A DNA stretch of 64,000 bases from Syntrophales bacterium (GCA_040767195.1 JAXGPA010000001.1:736001-800000), one strand, 5' to 3'; positions 19,056 through 29,214 are shown, counted from the stretch's first letter. A program made the numbers and translations. The notes: generated by a model from the letters alone, not told the origin.

Positions 19056-20411
19056 TCAGAAAGACGCCACCTTCCGGATGTAGGCGTCCACGTCGAATTT
19101 CCGGCGGGCGCCCCGGTCGTTCATGTAACGGACGTTTCCAAAAACAGGCCGGGCGGGCCACGCCCGGTCGTGAAGCCCCCCGATGGACCAGAGGCACCCC
19201 ACGTAGCCGTTGGGATCCCGGCCGTCGAGTTCATACCGGTCATTCAGGCGAACGGCGATGGCGAGGGCGTCCTCCGGTGATCCGGTCCACTCCAGGATTT
19301 TCTTGGCCCAGTACATGCGCATGTAGCCGTGCATCTTTCCCCGTTTGGCCATTTCCATCTGGGCGGCGTTCCACAGGGAGTCGTGGGTTTCGGCGGCCTC
19401 GAGAATCTCGGGCCGGTAACGATAGGAGCGTCTGTCCCTTCGATGGTCACGGAGGGTTTTCCGCGCCCAGGCCGGCGCGCCTTCCAGGGAATCGTAGGCC
19501 TCGTTGTGGAGGCAGAAATTGTCTGACAACTCCCGCCGGACAACGGCCTCCTCGAGGAAAGCCTTCTTAGCCTCCGGCGAGGCGTGGGCGTCCCTCACCG
19601 CAAGGGCGACCCGCTGGGGGCCGACCTGTCCGAAATGAAGATAAGGCGAAAGCCCGGACTGACCGTCCCGGACGGGGTCGTTCCGGGACTCGGGATAGGC
19701 ATTGAGACCGCTCTTCACGAATTCTGCGAGAGTCGCCAGGCCGGCCGCCGTGCCCGGCCGAATCCAGGAGGCTTCCCCCACCGCCCGGTCGATTCGAAGG
19801 GTGGGCAGGATATCCACCCCTTTCTGAATCTTCCCCTTCTTTCCGGGCCAGGGGAACGGGTGATCGGCAAGTTCGGGGAACGGGTCGAGAAATTCGTCCA
19901 AAACCCGCATGACCCGGGGCCGGAAGGTCCGGGCGGCGTATTCCTGGCGCGGGGTGACGGCGAAGGCGGGCGCCACGTTGTGCGCGTCCACCTCGTAAAA
20001 GGGCACGGACACCCCTTCCACGACGGCCTTTTTCCAGGGTTTCCTGATCCGCAGAGGATCAAAATCCGTCACCAGGGCGCCGATGCCGTGGGCCTTGACG
20101 AAGCGGACGATTTCCGTGCCCGGCTCGCCCCGAAGGAGAAAAAAAGGAATGCTTTTCTTTTGCAGGACACCGCGTACGTCATCGAGCCCCCGAAGCATGA
20201 AGCCATACTGTCTCAAGGTGGCCCCGAGAAAATTCTCCACGAGACAGAAGGCGACGCCCAGGGGAACCCCCCTTTCCAGGGCCAGGGATTGGGCGAATAC
20301 GAGGGCCCAGTTGTCCACCGCCCGCTGATCCCGGCTCATCCAGTACAGGACGGGCCCTCTTTTAGCCTCCCCCACCTTGAGAACGCGAACCCTCTCTTCA
20401 CGCATCCGCAT
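19056..20411 (-). CDS. phr: Class II deoxyribodipyrimidine photolyase
   Basis: YWMSRDQRAVDNWAL, SGLSPYLHFGQ, RRELSDNF, MHGYMRMYWAKKILEW and LDGRDPNG. Confidence 0.93.
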   Translation of the reverse strand: MRMREERVRVLKVGEAKRGPVLYWMSRDQRAVDNWALVFAQSLALERGVPLGVAFCLVENFLGATLRQYGFMLRGLDDVRGVLQKKSIPFFLLRGEPGTEIVRFVKAHGIGALVTDFDPLRIRKPWKKAVVEGVSVPFYEVDAHNVAPAFAVTPRQEYAARTFRPRVMRVLDEFLDPFPELADHPFPWPGKKGKIQKGVDILPTLRIDRAVGEASWIRPGTAAGLATLAEFVKSGLNAYPESRNDPVRDGQSGLSPYLHFGQVGPQRVALAVRDAHASPEAKKAFLEEAVVRRELSDNFCLHNEAYDSLEGAPAWARKTLRDHRRDRRSYRYRPEILEAAETHDSLWNAAQMEMAKRGKMHGYMRMYWAKKILEWTGSPEDALAIAVRLNDRYELDGRDPNGYVGCLWSIGGLHDRAWPARPVFGNVRYMNDRGARRKFDVDAYIRKVASF

Positions 20412-20424
20412 CCCCCTCCCGGCC

Positions 20425-21372
20425 TCAGCTGTGGTTCCGGAGCTGAAGCTCCAGGGGATGGGGTTGGAGATAGACCTGTTCTTTCAGGTAAGGTTCATCG
20501 TATTTCCGGACATAGTGGGACAGAAGCGTCACGGGAACGATGAGGGGAAAATCCCCCCGGCGGTAAATCCCGATAACTTCCAGGAGTTCTTTTTTTTCGT
20601 CCCCGGTCAGAACTTTTTTGAAATACCCCATGATGTGATCGAGGACGTTCACGTGCTTGGCCGTTGTCGTCTTCAGGCTGAGGGACTCCAGGAGGGCCGC
20701 CTGGTAGCGTTGGAAAAGCTCCTCCTGACCGTGTTTTCCAGGGTCCGCCACGAGCTTTCCCATTTCCCGGGCATGCTTCGGGCTGTGGGCCATGAGGAAC
20801 AGCTTGTGCCGGGTGTGAAAATCCACAAGGACGCGGCGGGTTTTTTCCTTTGCCGTCGCTTTCCGCCACCGGTGAAGGGTAAAGATACTCTCGATGAAGT
20901 TCTCCCGGAGCTTGATGTCGTGCAGCCGGCCGTCCTCCTCCACCGGCAGCAGGGGGAAACGGTCCATGAATGCCCGGGCGAAAAGTCCGACCCCTGTTTT
21001 CCGGGGCATCCCCCGGTCGTCGTAGACTTTGACCCGTTCCATGCCGCTGCTGGGGGAATCGCTCTTGAAAATGAAGCCGTCCAGGTTTTCATTTTCCAGT
21101 TCCGCGACTCGGCGGCTGGCCCAGGCCGTCATCTGGTCCGTCATGTCCCGGCCGGTTCTGGAGGTCATGAGACGGGGGGCCTCCACATCCCCAACGAGAC
21201 GCATGGTCTCCCGGGGAACCCCGAAGCCGGCCTCCACTTCCGGGCAGACGGGCACGTATTCCACGTATTTTCCCAGTGTATAGGCGAGGAAACGGTCAAG
21301 TTTGTGCTCCCCGTTCCAACGGACCCTCTCACCGAGGAGACAGGAACTGATCCCGAGCCTGATTTTCGACAT
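20425..21372 (-). CDS. YbgA-like DUF523+DUF1722 protein
   Basis: GISSCLLGERVRW, VCPEVE, KSDSPSSG, PVEEDGRL and FHTRHK; upstream of phr, as in the ybgA-phr arrangement. Confidence 0.88.
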   Translation of the reverse strand: MSKIRLGISSCLLGERVRWNGEHKLDRFLAYTLGKYVEYVPVCPEVEAGFGVPRETMRLVGDVEAPRLMTSRTGRDMTDQMTAWASRRVAELENENLDGFIFKSDSPSSGMERVKVYDDRGMPRKTGVGLFARAFMDRFPLLPVEEDGRLHDIKLRENFIESIFTLHRWRKATAKEKTRRVLVDFHTRHKLFLMAHSPKHAREMGKLVADPGKHGQEELFQRYQAALLESLSLKTTTAKHVNVLDHIMGYFKKVLTGDEKKELLEVIGIYRRGDFPLIVPVTLLSHYVRKYDEPYLKEQVYLQPHPLELQLRNHS

Positions 21373-21684
21373 GATTTCCTCCCTTCTCCCGATTTCCATT
21401 TTCTCGAAGATTTCACCGGCATCGGCGGGCCCGACCCGCTTTCCCGCAATCCGCCTCTCCCCTGGAAATCGATTTTTTGCGTATCTTACCAGATTTGCAG
21501 GAAGCCTGCTTCCAGCGTTCTCACGTTTTATTTATCATAAATGACAGGCAACCGTCGACGGCGGCTTCAAAAGTTCCGGTTGCTTGATTTTCACGGCGGT
21601 GATATCAAAAAGATCACACAGGTACATGGAAAAGACGCCCGGAAACCGCTATGGCGGCCACGATGGGGGAAGACGAGGGAATCC

Positions 21685-22695
21685 ATGAAAAAGAAAGCGA
21701 TCGTTCTGGTTTTTCTGACGCTGTTCCTGGCGGTGGCTCTTTTTGTCTACGTGGCCAAGGAGAAAAACGCCGGGGACGAGCTCTATTTTTCCGGAACCAT
21801 CGAGGCAACGAATTCACAACTGGCTTTCCAGGTGCGGGGAATCGTCACGGCCGTTCATGTTTCTGAAGGACAGGCCGCCAAGCAGGGGGACCTCCTGGCC
21901 GAACTCGACCGCTCCGAGTTCGAGGCCGCCCTGGCCCAGGCGGAGGCCAACGTTGAAACGGCCCGAAATAATCTCACCAGGATCGAAACGACCCTGGACA
22001 TGCTCCAGGAGACCCTCCCGGCCGATGTCGAACGGGCCCGGGCAGGCGTCGCAAGTGCCCAGGCGGCCTTCACGGAGGCGGCCCGAAACCGGGAGCGGTA
22101 TGACGTCCTCTTTCGCAAAAATGTCGTTTCGCAGCAGGAGTGGGACGCCGTGAGGCTGAATTTCGAAACCGCCGAGGCCCGGCTTGTGGAGGCCCGGGCG
22201 GTCTTGAGACAGGCCGAAAGCGGCCTGAAAAAACTGGAGACGGTTAGCGAAGAGAAAAAGGTGGCGGAGGCCCAGGTGAGGGCTCTCGAAGCCTCCCGGA
22301 AACTGGCCGAGATCCAGAAGGACCACGGGAGCCTGACGGCGCCCTACAACGGGATTGTCACGAGCCGAAACGTGGAGCCGGGAGAAGTGATCACCCCCGG
22401 ACAGGAAGTGCTGACCCTGAGCGATCTTTCCCGGGTGGACCTGAAAATCTATGTGGGCGAGACCGATATCGGAAAAGTTTACCCGGGTCAGCCTGTGGAT
22501 GTGCGGATCGACACCTTCCCTGACCGGGTCTTCCGGGGTACCGTATCCTACGTTTCCCCGGAAGGTGAATTCACACCCAAAATCATACAGACCCACAAGG
22601 AACGGGTGAAACTCGTCTATCTCGTCAAGGTCTCCATTCCCAATGGCGGGCTGGAACTGAAAACGGGGATGCCCGCCGATGCCTGGCTCCGCTGA
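21685..22695 (+). CDS. HlyD/YbhG-like membrane fusion protein
   Basis: N-terminal TM, SGTIEA, coiled coil, EFTPKIIQT..ER and LKTGMPAD. Confidence 0.92.
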   Translation: MKKKAIVLVFLTLFLAVALFVYVAKEKNAGDELYFSGTIEATNSQLAFQVRGIVTAVHVSEGQAAKQGDLLAELDRSEFEAALAQAEANVETARNNLTRIETTLDMLQETLPADVERARAGVASAQAAFTEAARNRERYDVLFRKNVVSQQEWDAVRLNFETAEARLVEARAVLRQAESGLKKLETVSEEKKVAEAQVRALEASRKLAEIQKDHGSLTAPYNGIVTSRNVEPGEVITPGQEVLTLSDLSRVDLKIYVGETDIGKVYPGQPVDVRIDTFPDRVFRGTVSYVSPEGEFTPKIIQTHKERVKLVYLVKVSIPNGGLELKTGMPADAWLR

Positions 22696-23488
22696 AGGAC
22701 CCCGGATCCCCACGGCAACGGACCGGGCCGGCACCGGGGAACCGCTCGTCCGCGTTGAGGGGGTTTCCCTTTTTTTCGGCGAGATTCCTGCCGTGAAAAA
22801 CATAAGCCTCACTGTCGACCGGGGAAAAATCTTCGGCCTTATCGGGTCCGACGGCGCCGGGAAATCCTCCCTCCTGCGCATGATCGCCACGATGATCCGA
22901 CCGACGGAGGGGCGGATTTTGCTCAACGGTTACGACGTCCTTTCCGCCCGCCGAAAGATAAAGAGGCTGATCGGATACATGCCCCAGCGATTCGGTCTCT
23001 ACGAAGATCTGACAGTGGGGGAAAACATGGATTTCTTTCTCGACATCTTCGCCGTCCGGGGACCGGAAAGAAAAGAGAGGCGGGAGCGTTTTCTCGGGTT
23101 TTCCAATCTCGACCCTTTCGTGGACCGCCTGGCGGGAAACCTCTCCGGGGGAATGAAACAGAAGCTCGGCCTCGCCTGCGTCCTCGTCCACCACCCGGAA
23201 ATCCTCCTCCTCGATGAGCCCACCAACGGTGTCGATCCGGTCTCCCGGGAGGAGTTCTGGGACATCCTCTTCCAGATGCGGGACGAGGGCATGACGATCC
23301 TCGTTTCCACGGCCTATCTCGACGAGGGGGAAAAGTGCGACCTTCTCGCCCTCATGCACCGGGGCGTTTTTCTGGACCTGGGCCCGCCGGCGGACATCCA
23401 GGGAACCTCTCCGACCCTCGAGGACGCCATGATCGACCGTATCGGAAAGGCCGACAGGGAGCTTGCCCATGACCAATTCAAGATCTGA
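22679..23488 (+). CDS. ABC transporter ATP-binding protein (YbhF-like)
   Basis: GSDGAGKS, LSGGMKQK and LLLDEPT; exact start uncertain. Confidence 0.92.
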   Translation: MPGSAEGPRIPTATDRAGTGEPLVRVEGVSLFFGEIPAVKNISLTVDRGKIFGLIGSDGAGKSSLLRMIATMIRPTEGRILLNGYDVLSARRKIKRLIGYMPQRFGLYEDLTVGENMDFFLDIFAVRGPERKERRERFLGFSNLDPFVDRLAGNLSGGMKQKLGLACVLVHHPEILLLDEPTNGVDPVSREEFWDILFQMRDEGMTILVSTAYLDEGEKCDLLALMHRGVFLDLGPPADIQGTSPTLEDAMIDRIGKADRELAHDQFKI

Positions 23489-24224
23489 GGCGATTTCCGT
23501 GGAGGAGCTCGAAAAACGCTTCGGCGACTTTGTCGCCGTGGACCGGATCTCCTTTACCGTCGAAAAGGGGGAAATCTTCGGTTTTCTCGGGCCCAACGGT
23601 TCGGGGAAATCGACGACCATACGAATGCTCTGCGGCATCCTGTCTCCCACATCCGGAAGAGGGTTCGTCGCCGGTCACGACATCGCCGGGGAACCGGAGA
23701 AAGTCAAAGCCTCCATCGGGTACATGTCCCAGAAGTTCTCCCTTTATGAAGACATGACCCCTTTCGAGAACATCCGCTTTTACCTGGGCATCTACAGCCT
23801 CCCGGAAGACACATGGGCGGAACGGACGGCATGGATCATGGAGGTCACCCGGCTCACCGACGTCCGGAACCGCCTGACCCGGGATCTCCCGCCGGGATGG
23901 CGGCAGCGACTGGCTTTGGGCTGCGCCCTGCTCCACCGGCCGAAGATCATCTTTCTCGACGAGCCCACCTCCGGTGTCGACCCCCTGACGAGACGCCATT
24001 TCTGGGACTTTATCGAAAAGCTGGCGGGAGAAGGGGTCACCGTTTTCGTAACCACCCATTACATGGACGAAGCCCGGAACTGCCGGCGCCTGGCCCTCAT
24101 CAACGAGGGCCGCATCGCCGCCATGGGCAGCCCCGACGACATCGTCCGGGAGGCTCTTCCCGGCAAAAAGAGGGGCACGCTGAACGAGGCGTTCATTGCC
24201 CTCATGGACAGGAAAACCCCGTGA
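23469..24224 (+). CDS. ABC transporter ATP-binding protein (YbhF-like, second)
   Basis: GPNGSGKS, LPPGWRQR, IFLDEPT and TTHYMDEA. Confidence 0.92.
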   Translation: MTNSRSEAISVEELEKRFGDFVAVDRISFTVEKGEIFGFLGPNGSGKSTTIRMLCGILSPTSGRGFVAGHDIAGEPEKVKASIGYMSQKFSLYEDMTPFENIRFYLGIYSLPEDTWAERTAWIMEVTRLTDVRNRLTRDLPPGWRQRLALGCALLHRPKIIFLDEPTSGVDPLTRRHFWDFIEKLAGEGVTVFVTTHYMDEARNCRRLALINEGRIAAMGSPDDIVREALPGKKRGTLNEAFIALMDRKTP

Positions 24225-25354
24225 ACCTTCGAAAGGTCCAGGCCGTCGCCCGCAAGGAATTCTACCATCTCATCCGGGACTTCCGAAGCCTCTACCTGGC
24301 CTTTGCCTTACCGCTTCTCCTCATCCTTCTTTTCGGATATGCCCTGAGCCTCGACGTTGACCACGTCAAAACGGTGGTCGTCGATTTCGACCGCACCGAC
24401 CTGAGCCGGGATTTTCTGTCCAGGTTCGAGTCCTCCCCATATTTCGATATCATCGCCCATGAAAAAAACATCGAGGCGGTCACCCGGTATCTCGACCACG
24501 GGTGGACCACCATGGCCGTTCTCATTCCGCCCGACTTCACCGAAAACATCCGGTCTAACCGGGACGCCCCCATCCAGATTCTCTTCGATGGAAGCGACCC
24601 CAACGTGGCTGGCATCTCGTCGGGATACGCGACAAAGCTCGTTTCCGACTACAATAACGATCTCATGGAGGCGTTTCTCAACAGAAGCGGCCGAAACCCC
24701 ATCCCCCCGCCGGTAACGGGAGAAATACGGGTCTGGTTCAACGAGGACCTGGAAAGCCGCAATTTCATCGTTCCGGGCATCATCGCCATCATCATCATGA
24801 TCGTGGGCGCTCTCCTGACATCCCTCGTCATCGCGAGAGAGTATGAAAACGGGACCATGGAAACCATTTTTTCTCTTCCCCTTCACGCTTCCGAGTTCCT
24901 CGCCGGAAAGGCCGTGCCGTATTTTTTCATCGCCATGACCGATGTCCTCATCGCCGTCCTCATGGGGCAGATTCTTTTCGGCGTCGTCGTCAAGGGCAGT
25001 TTCTGGCTTTTCATCGCCGCCTCGTCCCTCTATATCGCCGTCGCACTCTGCCTCGGCTTCGTCATCTCCGTCGTCACCAAGTCCCAGCTCGTGGCCAACC
25101 AGATGGCCATCCTGCTGACCTATCTCCCCTCACTCCTCCTTTCCGACTTCGTGTTTCCCATCGCGAACATGCCCAGGGTTCTCCAGGCCTTCACCGCCGT
25201 CGTCCCGGCCCGATATTTCATCGATATCCTGAACGGTCTCTATCTGCGGAACGTGGGGTTTTCTTACCTGTGGCCGAGTTATGCCGTCCTGGCCCTCATG
25301 GCTCTCCTTCTGGGGACCCTGGCTTTCATGATTCTCAAGAGGGAGGGCCTGTAG
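24221..25354 (+). CDS. ABC-2 permease (YbhS-like)
   Basis: GTG start overlapping the upstream stop; ARKEF..RD, FIVPG and REYENGTME. Confidence 0.9.
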   Translation: MNLRKVQAVARKEFYHLIRDFRSLYLAFALPLLLILLFGYALSLDVDHVKTVVVDFDRTDLSRDFLSRFESSPYFDIIAHEKNIEAVTRYLDHGWTTMAVLIPPDFTENIRSNRDAPIQILFDGSDPNVAGISSGYATKLVSDYNNDLMEAFLNRSGRNPIPPPVTGEIRVWFNEDLESRNFIVPGIIAIIIMIVGALLTSLVIAREYENGTMETIFSLPLHASEFLAGKAVPYFFIAMTDVLIAVLMGQILFGVVVKGSFWLFIAASSLYIAVALCLGFVISVVTKSQLVANQMAILLTYLPSLLLSDFVFPIANMPRVLQAFTAVVPARYFIDILNGLYLRNVGFSYLWPSYAVLALMALLLGTLAFMILKREGL

Positions 25355-25356
25355 GA

Positions 25357-26478
25357 ATGAACCGGCTTCGCATTCGGGAACTCATCCGTAAAGAATTCAT
25401 TCAGCTTTTCCGGGACCGGAAAAACCGGCCCCTTCTCGTCATCGCCCCGCTCATCCAGCTCCTCGTTTTCGGCTACGTGGTCACCACGGACATACGGACC
25501 ATCACCGTGGGTTTCCTGGACCAGTCCAAAACCCGGGAGAGCCGGATGCTCATGGACCGGTTCGAGGGAAGCCGGACTTTCCGGATCATTCAGATGAGCG
25601 ACGATCCCCGGAAACTGGAAAGCCGGCTTCTGCAACGGAAAGTCGACCTGGTGATCAAGATCGGACCGGACTTCAGTGAACGGATCCGCAAGGGGGAGAC
25701 GGCCGCCGTCCAGATCCTGGCCGACGGAAGCATGAGCAACATGACCGTCAACCGGATCGCGTACACGTCCTTTGTCCTCGAGAGGTTCAACCGACTCCTC
25801 CTGCGGGAGCTCTACCCTTTTTTCATGGACTACGGGAATATCGACGCCCGGCCGCGAACCTGGTACAACCCAAACCTGTACAGCCAGAATTTTTACGTTC
25901 CCGGCATTGTGGCGTTTCTCATCATGATCCTGACCCTCCTTTTCACCTCCATGGCCATCATCAAGGAAAAGGAGCGGGGAACCATGGAGCAGCTCATCGT
26001 GACGCCTCTCAGGCCCGCCGAGCTCATTCTCGGGAAGACGATCCCTTACAGCATCATCGCCCTTGCCCAGATGATCGTCGTCACCGCCTTCGCCGTTTAC
26101 TGGTTCGAGATCCCCCTGGCGGGAAGCCTCATTCTCCTCGGGACGGCGACGATCTTCTTTCTCTTCAGTACCCTGGGGGTCGGGCTTTTCATTTCCACCA
26201 TCTCGGCTACCCAGCAGCAGGCCATGATGACCACCTTCTTCTTCATTCTCCCTTTTTTCATGCTGAGCGGCTTTGTCTTCCCCGTGGCCAACATGCCCGA
26301 ACCAGTCCAGTGGCTCACCTATCTCAACCCCCTCATGTATTTTCTCATCATCATCCGGGGCATTTTTCTCAAGGGCGTGGGAATCGGCATCCTCTGGCCC
26401 CAGCTTACGGCCCTTCTGATCATCGGCGTCATCCTTCTCGGCGGGGCTGTCCGCCGCTTCCGAAAACGGCTCGATTGA
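25357..26478 (+). CDS. ABC-2 permease (YbhR-like)
   Basis: IRKEFIQLFRD, KEKERGTMEQL and LSGFVFP. Confidence 0.9.
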   Translation: MNRLRIRELIRKEFIQLFRDRKNRPLLVIAPLIQLLVFGYVVTTDIRTITVGFLDQSKTRESRMLMDRFEGSRTFRIIQMSDDPRKLESRLLQRKVDLVIKIGPDFSERIRKGETAAVQILADGSMSNMTVNRIAYTSFVLERFNRLLLRELYPFFMDYGNIDARPRTWYNPNLYSQNFYVPGIVAFLIMILTLLFTSMAIIKEKERGTMEQLIVTPLRPAELILGKTIPYSIIALAQMIVVTAFAVYWFEIPLAGSLILLGTATIFFLFSTLGVGLFISTISATQQQAMMTTFFFILPFFMLSGFVFPVANMPEPVQWLTYLNPLMYFLIIIRGIFLKGVGIGILWPQLTALLIIGVILLGGAVRRFRKRLD

Positions 26479-26553
26479 CCGAGGCGGTGGTTGACCGCGT
26501 CACCCTTTTCCTGCTAAATTGGCAAAACAAAAAAAGGAGGAACCCCATCGGTC

Positions 26554-27294
26554 ATGAAAATCATTTACCATCCCGACTTCATTGGGTCCTACTGTTCCGA
26601 CCCTGCCGCTTCGGAAGGGCGGGTCGAAGCCATTCTCGATGTCATCCAGGATCGGTTTGACGTCATGAAACCGTCGCCGGCCTCACGGGAAGACATCGCC
26701 GCCTGCCACAGCGATTATCACATTGAACACATCCGGCATCTCGGTCTTTACGACATCGCCGCCCTGGCTGCCGGGGGCGCGATCCTGGCGGCGGAAACGG
26801 GACTCACCGAACCGGCTTTCGGGCTGATCCGGCCGCCGGGACACCATGCCTCCTTCAGCAGCGCCTGGGGATTCTGCTTCTTCAGCAACATGGCCATCGC
26901 CATTTCGAAGCTGAAGCGGGAGGGGAAAATCGGGAAGGCCTTTGTGCTCGATATCGATCTTCACTTCGGCGACGGGACCATGAACATCCTGGGCAGCACC
27001 GGTTACGTGAAAATTTTGAACCCGACAGCCCATGACCGGGCGGGATACCTGCGGGAAGTGGAAGGTGCTCTCCCGGAAGATGCCGACATTATAGGTATTT
27101 CAGCGGGATTCGACCACCACGAGGCGGACTGGGGCGGGCTGCTCACGACATCCGATTACCGTGAGATCGGCCGCCTGGTCCGGGAAAAGAGCCGCAAGGC
27201 CGGGGGGGGCTGTTTTGCCATCCTGGAAGGGGGGTACAACCATCGGGTGCTGGGTCACAATGTCCTGGCCCTGCTGGAGGGGCTCGACAGCTGA
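26554..27294 (+). CDS. Short histone deacetylase-family protein
   Basis: RPPGHHA, GFCFF, DIDLHFGDG, SAGFD and LEGGY; upstream TTGACC-N18-TAAATT promoter-like sequence and AGGAGG. Confidence 0.88.
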   Translation: MKIIYHPDFIGSYCSDPAASEGRVEAILDVIQDRFDVMKPSPASREDIAACHSDYHIEHIRHLGLYDIAALAAGGAILAAETGLTEPAFGLIRPPGHHASFSSAWGFCFFSNMAIAISKLKREGKIGKAFVLDIDLHFGDGTMNILGSTGYVKILNPTAHDRAGYLREVEGALPEDADIIGISAGFDHHEADWGGLLTTSDYREIGRLVREKSRKAGGGCFAILEGGYNHRVLGHNVLALLEGLDS

Positions 27295-27299
27295 GTCAA

Positions 27300-27677
27300 T
27301 CAGGCCGCCGAGGGAAATTCTCCCGGGGACATCCAGGAATCGGGGGTAAGCGGAAGGAGTCCCCAGGCCGCCCGAGCCTCATCGCATCGCCCGTTCGGTC
27401 TCCCGTCGAGCCACGACGGGGCGAAGTCGCGACACACGGACGCCCGCCTTTCATAAATGGCGCACAGGACACGCTTTCCGATGTCGCCGGTCAAGGCGAC
27501 GCACCGGGGCCTGTTCCCTCCCGTCCCCTTCATGAACCGCCGGAAGGAATCCATTTTCTCCGTCAGTTCCACGGGAACGCCGCCTTCCGTCACATCGTCG
27601 CCTTCGCCCCAGTAGAAGGAAGCCCGGTAGAAAGCGCAGCAGGCGCCGCAGGACAGGCAGGGGTTCGTTCGATTCAT
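27300..27677 (-). CDS. YkgJ-family cysteine-cluster protein
   Basis: [14 protein letters not shown] and [14 protein letters not shown]. Confidence 0.88.
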   Translation of the reverse strand: MNRTNPCLSCGACCAFYRASFYWGEGDDVTEGGVPVELTEKMDSFRRFMKGTGGNRPRCVALTGDIGKRVLCAIYERRASVCRDFAPSWLDGRPNGRCDEARAAWGLLPLTPDSWMSPGEFPSAA

Positions 27678-27699
27678 ATCCTTAAGAAAAATTTTCCTG

Positions 27700-27874
27700 A
27701 ATTTTGATGAACTCGTAAAAACTGGAAAAATGTTCCGTTACAGACGGCTTTGTAAAAAGATCCAGAGGCAAGGCGCCCGAATCTCGAGGAATGAGACGTA
27801 CTTATTGGTACGTCGCAATGACGAGGGATGAAGGGCAACAAAGCCTATGGACTTTTTACGAAGCCGTCAATTTT
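27700..27874. repeat. Palindromic REP/MITE-like intergenic element (best-preserved copy)
   Basis: GACGGCTTTGTAAAAAG (27743-27759) is inverted against CTTTTTACGAAGCCGTC (27852-27868). Outer arm TTGATGAACTCGTAAAAA. Lower GC than its flanks. Confidence 0.8.
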
Positions 27875-27927
27875 GGAAACTATGGGGCCGGGAGGGAAAA
27901 AAATCAAGAGAAAATCGTTCCTCTGTA

Positions 27928-28431
27928 TCAGGTGTTTCTCCTGATTTCAGGGGGTATCCGGGAAATCCAGCCCGCCTGGCAAACCCCCCACAGGCCCGCC
28001 AGGACGGCCTCGGCGGCATCGTCCTTCAGGGACGGGGGAAGGGGCAGCCGGGACCAGGAGATGACCCGCCGGGCCAGTAAAAGGGCATGGCGTTTCGCAT
28101 CGGCCCCGCTTTTTCTTTCCCTTCGGTAAAGCAACAGGTCGCGCCACGCCTCCGCCGAAATAACCACGGCCGGAATTCCGAGCCGGGCGGCTTCCCGAAT
28201 CCAGATCTCTCCCAGCCTCCCGCCTCCCTCCACAACAACCCGGGACAGGCCGGGAAGACCGGAAAGGAGGGATCGGACGGCCCGTTTCAAGCTGTTCCGG
28301 TCCCCGAAATGCTTGGACCGGAACCACACGAGACGGCCTCGGCGGTCGAAGAGGGCAAGACCCGTTCTCAATCCCGTGTCCACGGCGAGGAGGCATTCCG
28401 AAAAAGCCTTCCCATCCGACGGGTCATTCAT
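27928..28431 (-). CDS. Hypothetical protein, possible RNase H-like (RuvC/YqgF-like) fold
   Basis: LAVDTGLRTGLA, VVVEGG and DDAAEAV acidic pattern. Confidence 0.6.
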   Translation of the reverse strand: MNDPSDGKAFSECLLAVDTGLRTGLALFDRRGRLVWFRSKHFGDRNSLKRAVRSLLSGLPGLSRVVVEGGGRLGEIWIREAARLGIPAVVISAEAWRDLLLYRRERKSGADAKRHALLLARRVISWSRLPLPPSLKDDAAEAVLAGLWGVCQAGWISRIPPEIRRNT

Positions 28432-28810
28432 ACCGCTCCCCTGAATCCCCCCTTTTTCCTCTCCGGAAGAGAAGGCCGTAAAGAAGAAGATTCCAGAAAA
28501 GAACGGCGGTTCCCAAAAACATCTGCGCCCCCCGGGAAAGGGAGGACGGGTAAAGAAGAGGAAGAAGGAAGGGCGCTGTAAGCTCTCCCGGGGACCCCGC
28601 CTCGAGGGCCTTCATCCCGAGCCATTCCTCCAGGGGCGTCAGGGGACAGAACCAGCCTGTCCACTCCACGAGCACACCCCAGATGAAGGCGGGAAGATGC
28701 CACCAGAGAACTTTTTTCCACCGAAAGGCGAGAAGGCCGCCGAAAACGACAAACAGGACAAAAGCACCGTGAACGACGAGAACAAGATCCCGAAGGATTC
28801 CGTATAGCAT
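28424..28810 (-). CDS. DUF2784-family membrane protein
   Basis: H..FVLFVVFGG, WHLPA..WG and CPLTPLE. Confidence 0.85.
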   Translation of the reverse strand: MLYGILRDLVLVVHGAFVLFVVFGGLLAFRWKKVLWWHLPAFIWGVLVEWTGWFCPLTPLEEWLGMKALEAGSPGELTAPFLLPLLYPSSLSRGAQMFLGTAVLFWNLLLYGLLFRRGKRGDSGERYE

Positions 28811-28891
28811 GGGCTTTCACCTTCCCTGCGCCGTCACTGGATCTCGTTGGAGTATATCGGGAATAACGGCGAATTAAAAGAACCTTCTTCC

Positions 28892-28920
28892 TTGACAGGG
28901 AAAGGGCAACGTTTTATAAA
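28892..28920 (+). promoter_or_regulatory. Sigma70-like promoter
   Basis: TTGACA-N17-TATAAA. Confidence 0.7.
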
Positions 28921-28983
28921 AAAGTTGTCTTGCCTGTCGTGAAGGGGGCGTGGGCGGGATTCCCGGTTCCGCGAAATCGAGGT

Positions 28984-29214
28984 ATGACAACCATGAGTCG
29001 TTTTGATTCTTCGCCTTTTTCCGCCACGAAAAACTCAATCTCGACAGACTGCCCGCACTGTCTTTACTTCAGCATGGACGAGGAAGGTACCCGGTGTCAT
29101 TGCCTCCGGTTCGCCCGTTTCGTCGACCACGTCCTCCCGAAACGGACCGGGACCTGTGAATACTGGACGGGAAGAGATTTTTTCGACGAGGCGGCCGGGG
29201 TGAAAAACCTTTAG
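28984..29214 (+). CDS. Small Cys-rich hypothetical protein
   Basis: GAGGT RBS, near-consensus promoter upstream, CPHC..CHC..C pattern. Confidence 0.55.
   Translation: MTTMSRFDSSPFSATKNSISTDCPHCLYFSMDEEGTRCHCLRFARFVDHVLPKRTGTCEYWTGRDFFDEAAGVKNL

Noticed and set aside
27791..28129. ORF MRRTYWYVAMTRDE...WTFYEAVN
   Set aside because: It is a translation of the palindromic repeat running into an antisense gene.
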